From Chiloscyllium plagiosum (taxonomy: Eukaryota): a stretch of 54,971 nt of DNA. Below, piece after piece: positions 24,417 to 36,397 of this stretch; the stretch's first letter is position 1; each line of letters opens with the position of its first letter. The translations under genes and the position numbers were made by a program. The stretch is from the NCBI RefSeq assembly GCF_004010195.1, contig NC_057719.1, positions 20,546,731 through 20,601,701 of the forward strand, read 5' to 3'. The notes beneath the pieces are model-generated. The model was not told the DNA's origin. It saw only the letters and a program-made list of their open reading frames with translations, and did not search any database.

Positions 24417-25142
24417 AGTCATAGAATCATACAATCATACAACATGGAAACTGACCCTTCAGTTTGACCAGTCCATGCTGGCTGTATTCCCCAATCTAAC
24501 TTGCCCCACTTGCCTGCATCTGACCTACATCCCTCCAAACATTTTCTATTCATGTACTTATAAAAAATCTTTTAAATGTTGTAACTGTACCTGTGTTTAT
24601 CATTTCCTCTGGCAGTTCATTCCACGTATGGACCAGTCTCTGTGCAAAACAGTTGCCTCTAGTGTCCCTTTTAAACTCTTCTACTATCACATTAAAAATA
24701 TGCCCCCTAGTTTTGAACTCCCCACCCTATGGAAAGGACTCTTGCTATTCACCTTATCGACACTTCTCATGATATTCTAAACCTCTGTAAGGTTACTCCT
24801 CAACCTCCTACGCTCCAGTGAAAAACGTTCCAGCCTATCGTTATAAGTCAAACCTTCCATTCCTGGCAACATCCTGGGAAATCTTTTCTGAACTCTCTTC
24901 AATTTAGTAATATCCTTCCTGTGGAAGGGTGACCAGAACTGCACACAGTACTCCAGAAGAGGCCTCACCAAAGTCCTGTACAATCTCAACATGACATCCC
25001 CCCTCCTATACTCAAAGGTCTGAGTTGTGAAGGCAAGCATGCTAAATACCTTCTTGGCCACCCCGTCTGCCTGTGATGCAAATTTCAAAGAATGATATAC
25101 CACAAGGCTCTATCATTAATTATATAAGTCCTGCCTTTGTTT
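24417..25142 (-). mobile_element. CR1 3' fragment
   Basis: MLRLYRTLVRPLLEYCVQFWSPFHRKDITKLKRVQKRF; (CATAGAAT/CATACAAT) tail. Confidence 0.93.
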
Positions 25143-25554
25143 CTGCCATTGTCCTGCCAATGTTTGGTCTTGAAATTTTCATTCTTTTTTCTTGCTTAGT
25201 GGTACAACTGAGGTTAAATTTTCTCAGTTTCACATAACACATTCAGGTTTCTAATGAAATATTGCTGGTTTGGAATTTTCAAACTGAAACCCCTCTCGCA
25301 GAAGTATACTATTTCCTTACCGCTCTGAACTAACTTCTTCTCCAGGAGAAACTATACACACACCATACTTTCTGCAAACTGATCTCAAAAGCTTTTCAAT
25401 CTGTAGGTTTTGTCTCCAAGCAAGAACAAGACAATTAATTCCTGATTCTTCGAAACTGAAAGCAAGCTAATGCTTTAAAATGTTTGCTATCTTTGATGCA
25501 AAAACTCTGACAACGTAAATAAATTCCCATAACCATCCAGGAGTCAATTACTAA

Positions 25555-25917
25555 CTGTCCCCCTTAGTCCAAGAACTCCCCACCTACGTTCGGGACACCA
25601 CCGACGCCCTCCACCTCCTCCATGATTTTCGCTTCCCCGGGCCCCAACGCCTTATCTTCACCATGGACATCCAGTCCCTGTACACCTCCATCCCTCATCA
25701 CGAAGGACTCAAAGCCCTCCGCTTCTTCCTTTCCTGCCGTACCAACCAGTACCCTTCCACTGACATCTTCCTTCGACTGATTGAACTGGTCCTCACCCTG
25801 AACAACTTCTCTTTCCAATCCTCCCACTTCCTCCAAACCAAAGGAGTAGCCATGGGCACCTGCATGGGCCCCAGCTATGCCTGCCTCTTCGTAGGATATG
25901 TGGAACAGTCCATCTTC
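25555..25917 (+). CDS. Penelope-like reverse transcriptase, partial open frame
   Basis: LSPLVQELPTYVRDTTDAL...FTMDIQSLYTSIP...VLTLNNFSF...FLQTKGVAMGTCMGPSYACLFVG, no stop in 121 codons. Confidence 0.9.
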
Positions 25918-27055
25918 NNNNNNNNNNNNNNNNNNNNNNNNNNNNNNNNNNNNNNNNNNNNNNNNNNNNNNNNNNNNNNNNNNNNNNNNNNNNNNNNNNN
26001 NNNNNNNNNNNNNNNNNNNNNNNNNNNNNNNNNNNNNNNNNNNNNNNNNNNNNNNNNNNNNNNNNNNNNNNNNNNNNNNNNNNNNNNNNNNNNNNNNNNN
26101 NNNNNNNNNNNNNNNNNNNNNNNNNNNNNNNNNNNNNNNNNNNNNNNNNNNNNNNNNNNNNNNNNNNNNNNNNNNNNNNNNNNNNNNNNNNNNNNNNNNN
26201 NNNNNNNNNNNNNNNNNNNNNNNNNNNNNNNNNNNNNNNNNNNNNNNNNNNNNNNNNNNNNNNNNNNNNNNNNNNNNNNNNNNNNNNNNNNNNNNNNNNN
26301 NNNNNNNNNNNNNNNNNNNNNNNNNNNNNNNNNNNNNNNNNNNNNNNNNNNNNNNNNNNNNNNNNNNNNNNNNNNNNNNNNNNNNNNNNNNNNNNNNNNN
26401 NNNNNNNNNNNNNNNNNNNNNNNNNNNNNNNNNNNNNNNNNNNNNNNNNNNNNNNNNNNNNNNNNNNNNNNNNNNNNNNNNNNNNNNNNNNNNNNNNNNN
26501 NNNNNNNNNNNNNNNNNNNNNNNNNNNNNNNNNNNNNNNNNNNNNNNNNNNNNNNNNNNNNNNNNNNNNNNNNNNNNNNNNNNNNNNNNNNNNNNNNNNN
26601 NNNNNNNNNNNNNNNNNNNNNNNNNNNNNNNNNNNNNNNNNNNNNNNNNNNNNNNNNNNNNNNNNNNNNNNNNNNNNNNNNNNNNNNNNNNNNNNNNNNN
26701 NNNNNNNNNNNNNNNNNNNNNNNNNNNNNNNNNNNNNNNNNNNNNNNNNNNNNNNNNNNNNNNNNNNNNNNNNNNNNNNNNNNNNNNNNNNNNNNNNNNN
26801 NNNNNNNNNNNNNNNNNNNNNNNNNNNNNNNTCTCCGCCCCCACCCCACTCTGGCCTATCACCCTCACCTTGACCTCCTTCCACCTAGCACATTTCCAAC
26901 ACCCCTCCCCCAAGTCCTTCCTCCTTACCTTTTATCTTAGCCTGCTGGACACACTTTCCTCATTCCTGAAGAAGGGCTTATGCCCGAAAAGTTGATTCTC
27001 CTGTTCCTTGGATGCTGCCTGACCTGCTGCGCTTTTCCAGCAACACATTTTCAGC
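25556..27055 (+). mobile_element. 5'-truncated Penelope-like retroelement spanning the gap
   Basis: PLE-type RT before the gap, pLTR with hammerhead-like motif (26962-26996) after it; 12-bp TSD TCAATTACTAAC at 25544-25555 and 27056-27067. Confidence 0.92.
25918..26831. other. Assembly gap (914 N)
   Basis: Run of N. Confidence 1.
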
Positions 27056-27264
27056 TCAATTACTAACACATACTGGTTTAAAAATCATTATTCTAAAAAT
27101 AATAACAACTTATTTATTAAACTGCTTCTTAAAAATATGACAAAAGTCACATGCCACTGCTATAAGCTCCAAATTTTAAAATAAATCTTATATATATCAT
27201 ACACATTACATCACAATATGGTTGTATGAATGCAATATACCTCCTACACAAGGAAGAAAGAAAA

Positions 27265-27790
27265 TGCTGTATTTATTTCAACTTTTTCAAGTGTCACAAA
27301 ACACTTTACAGGCAAGGAAGTATAAGTGTAGGTACTAATGTGGTGTAAGAAATACAGTATAAAAGCCGAAAGAACTGCGAATGGTATAAATCAGGAATAA
27401 AAACAGAAATTGTTGGAAAACCTCAGCAGGTCTGACAGCATCTGTGGAGAGAAATTAGAGTTAAATTTTCGGGTTCCGGTGACCCTTCCTCAGAAGTGAG
27501 ACTGAGTTCTGAGGAATAACTACCAGACCTGAGATGTTAACTCTGATTTCTCTGCACAGATGCTGCCAGACCTGCTGAGCTTTCCCAGCAACTTCTGTTT
27601 TTGTTTAAGAAATGCAGTAGTTTATTTGTCCACAGGCAATTCACACAAATTGCATCGAGGTAATGACTGGATCATCGCTTTGATGTTGATTGAGGGATAG
27701 ACATTGCTTCAGATTTTGAATTTCTCAGCCCTTCTCGTCAATACTGCCATCTTTTCCACCCACCTGAGAAGGTAGAGAGATTCAATGCCT
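27265..27790 (-). mobile_element. Deu-domain SINE remnant, interrupted by a PLE hairpin
   Basis: CACTTTACAGGCAAGGAAGTA...TGATGTTGATTGAGGGATAGACATTG...ATCTTTTCCACCCACCTGAGA. Confidence 0.6.
27360..27605 (-). mobile_element. PLE family B hairpin mini-element
   Basis: Imperfect ~100-bp arms around an apex at ~27500; TSD TAAGAAAT(A/G)CAGTA at 27346-27359 and 27606-27619; GAGTT CTGAGGA...TGTT AACTC motif. Confidence 0.85.
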
Positions 27791-28477
27791 CAATTCCACC
27801 ACCAGCTATTCTGCATATAAATTTTGAGCAGCACTCTTTTGATATTGAGTTATGAACATTATTGCTTGTACCGCACATTCAGAGGGAGATTTACTTTCAG
27901 GTTGCATAGAAATGATTCGATTGAACTTCACCACTTAACTCACTCCCTCTAGTGGGAAGTAAAAGTAATGCTCTTTGCTGTCAAATTAAACTGGAAGAAA
28001 AAAACATAATGGTTGATTAGTACAAATCAAATGATGTGAAGCAATATAGTTCAGCTGGCCACCTTTGCCCGATAGGATGTGAGCCAGTATGTTGTCAGCT
28101 GTGGCCTTTAATGCTTCACTTGAATTTGTATCCTGGGTTTTTTTTGTGTGGAATATGCAAGAGTTATGGATGACTGAGAATAATTAGAAAAACTTGTTTT
28201 CAGTAAATTCTTTCAAAGGCCAGATTGTGATGACCTAACGGAACAAGAAAAGAATGCACAATTTGTTTGATATTCTATGAAACAGTATACTGTAAAATGT
28301 TGTTCTTCAAATAGAAACATTAATGAAGGTAAAAATAAAATCAGTTAAACCATTCAGAGGCACGAAAGATTTAGCAGCTGAGAGCTGGTTAGGAGCCAAG
28401 TGATAGTGGATTTTATTTAATAGTATTTGTCCATCTTTACTTTGTGAGGAGAGTTTGTAAAACCTGCTTAATGAATT

Positions 28478-28845
28478 CATAGACTCACTACCATGAGAAA
28501 ACAGGCCATTCATCTGAAGGTCATCCCACCAGACTGATCCCCCTACTTGTCCCTGTAACCATGCATTTCCTATGGCCAATCCACCTAACCTGCACATCCT
28601 TAATTTGTGGGAAGAAATCCATGAATTCATTCCTGAAGAAGGGCTTATGCCCGAAACGTCAATTCTCCTGCTCCTTGGATGCTGCCTGACCTACTGCGCT
28701 TTTCCAGCAACACATTTTCAGCTCAGGGAAGAATCCATGTAGACACAGGGAGAAGGTGCAAACTCCACACAGAGTCACCCAAGAGAGGAACTGAACTCCA
28801 GTGCCTGGGGACATAAGACAGCATGCTAACCACTGAGCCACTGTG
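28478..28845 (-). mobile_element. HE1-like V-SINE interrupted by a PLE insert
   Basis: GGCCAATCCACCTAACCTGCACATC, GTGCAAACTCCACACAGAGTC, GCTAACCACTGAGCCAC. Confidence 0.88.
28624..28725 (+). mobile_element. 102-bp PLE insert: hammerhead motif plus pLTR end
   Basis: ATTC CTGAAGA A GGGC TTAT GCCC GAAAC GTC; TSD GGGAAGAA(A)TCCATG at 28609-28623 and 28726-28739; near-identical to 26960-27057. Confidence 0.9.
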
Positions 28846-28939
28846 CTTCTTGAATTCAAGAAGAAATTATAGCAATTCACATTCAAACATGCAAAAGACC
28901 CGAATGGCATTTTTTCCTCCTCACCTTGACACTGTGATT

Positions 28940-29872
28940 GCAATAATATGAGTAATACTGTGTGAACAGCAGAGTAGAAGATTGCAAAGACTTCATCTTT
29001 TGTCTTTGATTTTTTGATTTGTGACTGAAAGTGGACAAGGGCTGTTTTTAAAACCAAGGACTGGTGAAGGAATTGCTGCACTTTTGAAGACAATGTACAA
29101 GTTCTCGTTGTGAGTTGTGTTTACGCTGTTGCTTTATCAGCAGTGAGGGAGGTGAGATACAATGACACAATATATGGTGAGAATGGCAAGAAGTAACCAA
29201 TTGGTTCGTACAAATATGACCAGCTGCGGATGCTCGGAGCTATCATCCTAACAACAGCTCTCTGGTTACTGTGCATGTGAACAACATTTGGGTTGGCAAC
29301 AGGTTGTAAGAAGCCTCTAGACTGCTGGACGAGCAAGTGCTGTTTCTCTTTCTCCCAGCTGAAAAAGTTGCTGAGGTTTGAACAAAATGGTTATTTTCTT
29401 CCACCAGTTTCTCCAAGCTGTTACTTTGAACAATTAACAAAGAAATTGAGTATTTACTGTACCAATTGCCCTGTACCTACTGCAAAGAAATGGCAGAACC
29501 TGTCCAAAAGGGAATAATCATATCACCATCCCTATGGATTGATGCTATCAACTCACTTTTTTAACCTCTCACCACAATTCCATTTTATATTTGTATCTGT
29601 GTGTAAGAGTTTAAAAGAAAGTTAGAGTTTCAACTCAGTGAGTCGTGTGTTCATTGTTCACAGTTTTAGAATATTTAGAATATATTTATTTGTAATAAAC
29701 AATAGTTCATATCAAGTACAGGAACCAGATCAGTGTTTTATGTTCATTTGATTCCATCAGACAGGTAAATTGGGACTTGATGGACTTGAATGAAATCATT
29801 AACTTCTATGGTGACCCTGGGAGTAATGGAGAATCAATGCATTTTTCCAAATAGGTTATAAGAAGACAAGAA
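28940..29872 (+). mobile_element. Possible decayed solo LTR
   Basis: TGTGA start, internal AATAAA (29694), end region resembles shark LTR termini from memory; no TSD found. Confidence 0.3.
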
Positions 29873-30772
29873 ATTGTCTCTGACCTTGCCGTCCAACATA
29901 GCCTAGGAAAACCATAAAAAAAGGGATAGAAAGGCCAGGCAATCCAACACACTGTCAAGTAAGTCCATGCCTGAGGTACAGAAGTGTTATAATGTCACCG
30001 TGACACATTAATTCAACCTTTCCCAACCCCCACATCGACTCACACACAAGCTCTGCAGCAATCAGTGCAAGGTGACAGGGATGAGATTGTGAGATCTGAA
30101 GGTTCCTCACTTTGGACCAGCACTCAGGAGGTTGACACAATCACATCACTCTTGAACTAAGAACAAGGAAAGCATTTTGGCAGCTTTCTTCATATCTGAG
30201 CAGCCTTCTTTAAGATCCAGTCTGCCCATCCTACATGGGGAATGGCCCAGATAAAGTGCCCTAAAAACAGTCTGTTCTGTCACCTTCCTACCTGGAAAAC
30301 CACATTTAACAGGCTCATCTACCTGTGGTTTAACATGCGATAGAAGACCCTGTCAAAGGTCGCCTGTCCTGTGAAATTAATCAACATCCTTTGTCTCCGC
30401 CACAATAAGATTTCGGCATGGTCCTCACCAATGGTAATATGACTATCCTTTAAGGTCAAGACAAAGGTCAGACAGGAATTTGTCATCATCCCCATACTTT
30501 TATCCATCTTCATCACCATCACCCTTCATCTTGTCAAGCCTCCCAGTGGTGTGGATATAGTCGAAAGGATGGACAGGAAACTTTTCAACCTTAATCTATT
30601 GAAATCTAAGAAGAAAATGACACTGATCTCCCTTGGGGAAGTTCAGGACATGGATGACAATGTTCCTTCTGGTCTCTTAGAAGGAAATCGTCAAGCCTGT
30701 CTTAAGGTCTGCATGGAAGCATACCGATGAATTTGTCTCAGCCTCAACTGTAAGAATACATCAATCCTTTAC

Positions 30773-30963
30773 TAGATTAGAGTGGTGCTGGAAAAGCACA
30801 GCAGGTCTGGCAGCATCTGAGGAGCAGGAAAATCGACGTTTCAGGCAAAAGCCCTTCACCTCGATTTTCCTGCTCCTTGGATGTTGCCTGACCTGCTGTG
30901 CTTTTCCAGCACCACTCTAATCTAGACTGATTTCCAGCATCTACAGTCCTCACTTTTGCTTAG
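30773..30963 (+). mobile_element. PLE family A hairpin mini-element
   Basis: Arms TAGATTAGAGTGGTGCTGGAAAAGC.../...GCTTTTCCAGCACCACTCTAATCTA; 12-bp TSD TCAATCCTTTAC at 30761-30772 and 30964-30975. Confidence 0.9.
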
Positions 30964-31548
30964 TCAATCCTTTACCACCTTGTGCTAAGTCAAGTTTCAG
31001 ACCATTAAGATCAATGGAGAAATCCTCCCAGCTGTGGGACATTTCCCCTACCTGGGACCCTATTGCTCATCTAAAGATGATAGCGATGTAGAGATTTGCA
31101 TCCAAACTATGAATGATGCTTCAGACAACTAAGGATGCCAAGATCCTTGTGTATAAGGCAGTCATCTGTCTGACTCTTCAATATGACTCCAAAATTTGGA
31201 CTCCTTACTGATGTTATCTCAAAACTCTTGAGAAGGACCATCAACTCTGTCCGGAATGGATTCTCTGCATCACCTGGAAGGACAAATTCACTAAAATCAG
31301 TGTTCATGAAGCAGCTAACAGCACTAGCATCGAGACTATGATTATCCAAAACCAACACCACTGGGCTAGCTGTGTGTTTAGGATGCCTGAATTCCCATTG
31401 CCAAAGCAGGCTTTCTTGCCCAGCTCACGGAAGGCATTCAAACAAGAGGAGAACAAAGGAATTGTTTCAAAGACTGTTGAAGTCTTCCTCCAAGAAATGT
31501 AGCAGAAATGTCAATGCATGCCAGACCGTCTTACAGAAGAAATTTACA

Positions 31549-31856
31549 TTAGATTAGATTACAGTGTGGAAACAGGCCCTTCGGCCCAACAAGTCCACAC
31601 CGACCCGCCGAAGCGCAACCCACCCACACCCCTACATTTACCAATTACCTAACACTACGGGCAATTTAGCATGGCCAATTCACCTGACCTGCACATCTTT
31701 GGATTGTGGGAGGAAACCAGAGCACCCGGAGGAAATCCGCACAGACACGGGGAGAATGTGCAAACTCCACACAGTCAGTCGCCTGAGGCGGGAATTGAAC
31801 CCGGGTCTCAGGCGCTGTGAGGCAGCAGTGCTAACCACTGTGCCACTGTGCCACCC
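31549..31856 (-). mobile_element. Young full-length HE1-like V-SINE
   Basis: Head GGGTGGCACAGTGGCACAGTGGTTAGC (A box), GGTTCAATTCC (B box), V domain, (TAATC)n tail. Confidence 0.95.
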
Positions 31857-32847
31857 ACATTTACTTGGAGGAAATTATTGTGTGAAGGACACAATTTTTT
31901 GAGAACTCTCAGTAGTAAGAGGAAGTCCAGAAAACAAAGTGGAGAAAGTAATGCCAATGGTTTCAAGGCCAAGGACCAATTCCAACTCCAGGAAAGACCT
32001 GCCAATGTGTGGGCAGGGATTCGGCACTCAGGTCAGTCTCATTAGCCACACAAGGACCCACGGAACCAATGACCAGTGACACAGAATTTCCCAGATGAAT
32101 AATCATCCTCATTAGCAAGTGATTGCCAATGACAATGAATGTGACGATGATTGGTGAATAAGACAGTGACCTGTCATCTCTGGATTCAGGCCTGCAGTCA
32201 CCACCAGCAATGACCAGCAGCACGTTTCTTAAGCCATGGAGTTTGTTCTGTTGCTTTAATAAAATAATGACTTTGAGGTTGGTCTGGACCTGTTCATTGC
32301 ATTTTTGGACCCCCTGTAATTCTGGGGTCCAAGAAACAATGAAAGGAGGAAGAAAATTGAATCTCTTATAACCGTTCAATTTATTCAAAGAATATGCTGG
32401 CTTTAAAACATAAGCCTTAAAATATGAACGTGTAATAGAGCAGGACATCAGTAGATAGATCAGGGAAGTGATTAATAATGTCAAATCTATTGCTCCAAAC
32501 AGATTTTAGTTACTTGATGTTCTGATTGTGACAGTGAGGGATAATGTTGGTCTTGATCTAGTAAAGTGTAATGAAGCAGACCAAGTGGATGAGTGAAAGG
32601 TGCATAGACAACACTGGAATATTGGCCACAAAATTGGATGATCATAGTCCAAATATAAAGGAAAGATAATCATGCATTTTTTAAAAAAATCATTAGATTT
32701 GAAAATGACAGGTTTCTGAAGGCAGCAGGCCAGCTGAGGTGGAGGGAATAAAAGCAGGTGTCAAAACTATTGATCAACATTCTCAGACACTGCACAAGGC
32801 CCAAAATGGTCTCCCTCAATATTTTGCTCCTTTTCCTTTTGTAAAAT

Positions 32848-33395
32848 TATAGAGGTCTAAAGCTTGGAAATAGGCTCTTCATCACAACTTGACCGTGCCG
32901 CCCAGTTTTCACAATTGATCTACTCCCATTTGCCTGCATTTGGTCCATATCCCTCCTTACCTATTCCATCCATGTACCTGTCTTAATGTTTCTTAAATGT
33001 GAAATTGTTTTCACTTCCACACCACCTCTAGCAGCCCATTCCGGACACTCACCTCCCTCTGTGCAAAAACATTGAGCCATTGGGTCTTCGTGTACCTCTC
33101 TCCTCTCACCTTAAACCTATGCCCTCTAGTTTTGGATTTCTCTTCCATGGGGAAAAGCTGTTGACTTTCTACCTCACCTATGCCTCTTCATAATTTTATA
33201 TACCTGCATCAGCCGCCCATACTCCAGGGTAAAATGTCCCAGCCGATCCAACCTCACCTTATAACTCAAACCTTCCAGTCCAGGTAGCATCAAAGTAAAT
33301 CTTTTCTGCACCCTTTCCAGTTTAATAATTTCCTCCTTAAAGTAGGGCAACCAGACTGCATACAGTACTTCAAATGTGGTCTCCCCAACACTAAC
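32848..33395 (-). mobile_element. CR1 3' fragment
   Basis: WLPYFKEEIIKLERVQKRFTLMLPGLEGLSYKVRLDRLG. Confidence 0.9.
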
Positions 33396-33574
33396 CCTTT
33401 CCTCCAAGACATTGGCATTCTCTCAGTTACACACATTTTAAGGTTTCTAATCATATTTGATTCTATTTGCAAATAATAATAACATCTATTTGTTTCAGCT
33501 ATAAGTTTTTGTAAGCATTTAAAAGGAAAGGAAATTAATCATAAACCAGCATTCGTTTTCTTGATCTTCCATTA

Positions 33575-33905
33575 GATCTGGCAGTCACTGGCAAGCTCTG
33601 TTCCCAACAATGGAATTAATTTCTAGGCCTTTTCAGATGGGAGTCAAGAGTCAACCTCAATGCAGAGAGGTCCAGAACATTTTTTAGAAAGAGCGTGAGG
33701 ATGATGATGTTCTCCACTCAAGGATATCATTTTTAATGGCAATTGGCAAAGTTCATAGTCACCATGATTGAGAGTAGCTTTTAATTCCAGGCTTATGAAC
33801 TTTTACAAATTCAACCAGCTTTCCTACCAGGACTCGAACCATGCTCCCAAAGCATTAGTCTGAGCCTTTGGATTGCTCGCCCCATACCACTACCCCACTG
33901 CCTCC
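33575..33905 (-). mobile_element. Degraded tRNA-derived SINE (same family as 49795-50140)
   Basis: GGACTCGAACC B-box complement; colinear similarity to 49800-50130. Confidence 0.6.
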
Positions 33906-34291
33906 TCATTCTGGTTGCATTTTCCATCTGGAATTAATGGCTGACTGGATTGATTAATTTCTCATTCTGCTTTTCAGTCATTGTTCAATTGATCTGACAC
34001 GGTATCTCCAGACGAGTGAAATTTCTTGAGCTGACAAAGTGACAGATTCGAACGGTAAGTCAGGATGTGTTGCCAACCTGGCCCAACCATTTATTGCTGG
34101 CCATTCCAATGGTTGCTAGAGTTTTGTCACTGCAGTAAGGCAACAACTTACATTTCTAGGTACAATGCTGCTCTGTTTACTGCTCGCCACGTTAACTTTA
34201 ATTGCTTGTTTCTGAGGCACTATTTCCACAATTTGAGTAAAATCATTATGTAAACAAACGCCCATCAATATATGAATAGGTCATGATAGAT

Positions 34292-34808
34292 AATAACGGA
34301 AATAACTGAAGAAACTCAGCAGGTCCGGGAGCAACTTTGGTGAGAAAGCAGCATCAATGTTTTGGGTTCAGAGACCTTCTTCAAAACTGGTTGTAGATAG
34401 CAAGCCTTTCGTGGGGACCATTCCCGCTGGGACACCCTAACCTCCCCCCACCCCCACAGCACTTCCTCACCCAATTGCAGAAGGTGTAACAGCTGCCCGG
34501 TTATTTACTTCCTCCACACTGTCCAAGGCCCCAGACACACCTTCCAGGTGAAGCAGCGATTTACCTGCACTTCACTCAATCTAGTCTACTATATTCACTG
34601 CTCATAATGTCGTCTCCTCTACATTGGAGCCCGTTTTGTGGAATACTTAGTTCTGATCAAAAAAATGACCCCAGGCTTCCAGTTGCCTGCGACTTCATCA
34701 CACGACTGTGTTGCCTGGCCAACATCTCTGTCTAAGACCTCCAGTGCTCCAGCATCACATTTTCCTAAAGCCTTCGGGAGTTAATACCGAGTTAAATAAT
34801 TTTAGGTT
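34292..34808 (+). mobile_element. Penelope-like relic: inverted family-B pLTR (34292-34387) plus GIY-YIG endonuclease remnant
   Basis: 34476-34628 translates CRRCNSCP...FQVKQRFTCTSLNLVYYIHCS*CRLLYIG, the CxxC/VY-YIG signature of PLE endonucleases. Confidence 0.85.
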
Positions 34809-34880
34809 CTAGATTAGAGTGGTGCTGGAAAAGCACAGCAGTTCAGGCAGCATCTGAGGAGCAGGAAAATCAACGTTGAT
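34808..34880 (-). mobile_element. PLE family A inverted arm
   Basis: TCTAGATTAGAGTGGTGCTGGAAAAGCACAGCAGTTCAGGCAGCATC. Confidence 0.85.
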
Positions 34881-35004
34881 GGACTTGATGAAGGAGAATC
34901 GTTTTGAAAGCTAGTTCTTCCAAATAACCCTGTTGGACTATAATCTGGTGTTGTGTGATTTTTAACTTTGCACGCCCCAGTCCAACACCGGCTCCTCTAA
35001 ATCA
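34881..35004 (+). mobile_element. PLE pLTR family C with decayed hammerhead-like motif
   Basis: TTGATGA A GGAG..TTTT GAAAG CTA GT then CCTGTTGGACTATAATCTGGTGTTG...CCAGTCCAACACCGG; family recognised from memory. Confidence 0.65.
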
Positions 35005-35384
35005 GTCTGACTGAGGAAAAGTGAAAATGACAAGGCTTACTGGCATAAGACAATAACACTGGAATCCATAAATGATCTGATGCAAAGTTGATACCACAAC
35101 AATTAGCCTTACATCTATTTTATATCTGTCTCTACTTCCTTCAAATAAGGAAGTATTCCTGTTACTCCTTGAGGATGGTAATGTGATGAAACCTCTCAAG
35201 ATAATAAAATCTTCTGCCTGTGTTTCTGAAATAATGTTCAACAACTGGCTTCTAAGCACTAGGTCTGGTCAATTTGTGCCCAGTTGTGATATTTCTGGCC
35301 CCACCCAATGATTCACTAATATGTGTCTACTCCTTCTTCCATTGTTTTCCTTCTCTTTCTATTCTCATCCCTATCTTGCTCTAC

Positions 35385-35485
35385 ATCCAAAATGTCGACT
35401 TCCCCACCTCCTGATGCTGCCTGACTTGCTCTGTTCTTCCAGCCTCCTGCTCGTCTACTTTTGATTCCAGCATCTGTTTTTTTTT
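35385..35485 (+). mobile_element. Divergent PLE pLTR tail
   Basis: AAAATGTCGACTT...GATGCTGCCTGACTTGCT...TTCCAGC...GATTCCAGCATCTG. Confidence 0.65.
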
Positions 35486-35494
35486 GTCTCTATA

Positions 35495-35610
35495 ACTCTC
35501 CCCTTACTTCCTCGTCTTCCCTCTTCCCCCTTCCCTCTTTCCTCTAGCTCTCTTTTCCCCTCCCACATTCAATCCTTACTTTTCTCTCTCCCTTCGTTCC
35601 CTTTCTCTCA
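35495..35610. repeat. Polypyrimidine low-complexity tract
   Basis: Almost exclusively C/T. Confidence 0.8.
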
Positions 35611-36136
35611 TGTACCCATTAAATTATCTCCCAGAACACCCTCCTCTCCATGACATCATCCTCTAAACACAACGTTTATAATCATTGTTTAGACCTTGTG
35701 AAACTTTAGATCCACTCTAAGGAAGCAGCGTTTTAAATTCACTTACTTTTGAACTGATTTCCTTTTAGTCTGTGCTTATGCTGTTCCGGTGAAAACTGAA
35801 GTAGTTTTCTTTAACACAGCTGTAAACCTATATTCTACCTTTGGTTCTATTACCCTGACATACTTACGTAAGGTATGGTTACCATGCAAAACAATACTTT
35901 TCACTGTATCACGGCACATGTGACAATAATAAAACTAAATAAAATCAACTTTCTTGCTCTTCAATAAAATTATTTTCTTGACCTCGATGCAATAAATAAG
36001 TGACTATCACTTTTCAAATTGCTGTCTTGTGCCAGCATTCACGAATCTTTCCCAAAATGTTCAGACTATTGTAGCACAGAATTGTGTTCAAAGTAGCATT
36101 TTCCAAGATTAGTTGTAGATAAAGCGTGGGGTCTGG

Positions 36137-36397
36137 CTTAGAGTGGTGCTGGAAAAGCACAGCAGGTCAGGCAGCATCCGAGGAGCAGGAAAATCATTTT
36201 GGGCAAGAGCCCTTCATCAGGAATAGAGGCAGGATGCCTGCAGAGCGGAGAGATAAATGAGAAGGGGTTGGGAGTGGGGAGAAAGTAGCATTGAGTCTGT
36301 TTCAGGACATGGTTGAAGAGCTTCAGGGCAGAGGAGATGACCAGGGGTTGCAGTGAGAGAAAGACTCACTCAGAGTCTTGTAGAGAGATGAGTAAAA
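36137..36397 (-). mobile_element. PLE family A pLTR with adjacent element sequence
   Basis: Same arm and GAATAGAGGCAGG...GGAGAGATAAATGAGA extension as 16270-16396 and 41835-41966. Confidence 0.82.

Larger units (their letters stand above)
30200..32100 (+). mobile_element. Degraded RTE-clade LINE, interrupted by a PLE hairpin and an HE1 SINE
   Basis: VKTKVRQEFVIIPILLSIF (cf. GVKQGCVIAPTLFSIF), LSLNCKNTSIL, IKINGEILPAVGHFPYLG, QNQHHWASCVFRM. Confidence 0.78.

Noticed and set aside
25564..26995. Five 324-449 aa ORFs in the ORF track
   Set aside because: Their length is an artefact of reading through 914 Ns; only the + frame RT segment is meaningful.
31790..31856. tRNA gene (also 52690-52752 and 13460-13510)
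   Set aside because: The A/B boxes are SINE heads followed by the V domain and a LINE-like tail; no full cloverleaf.
31540..31866. TSD around the young HE1 SINE (AAATTTACAT / ACATTTACTT)
   Set aside because: Two mismatches in 10 AT-rich bases around a young element; could be chance.
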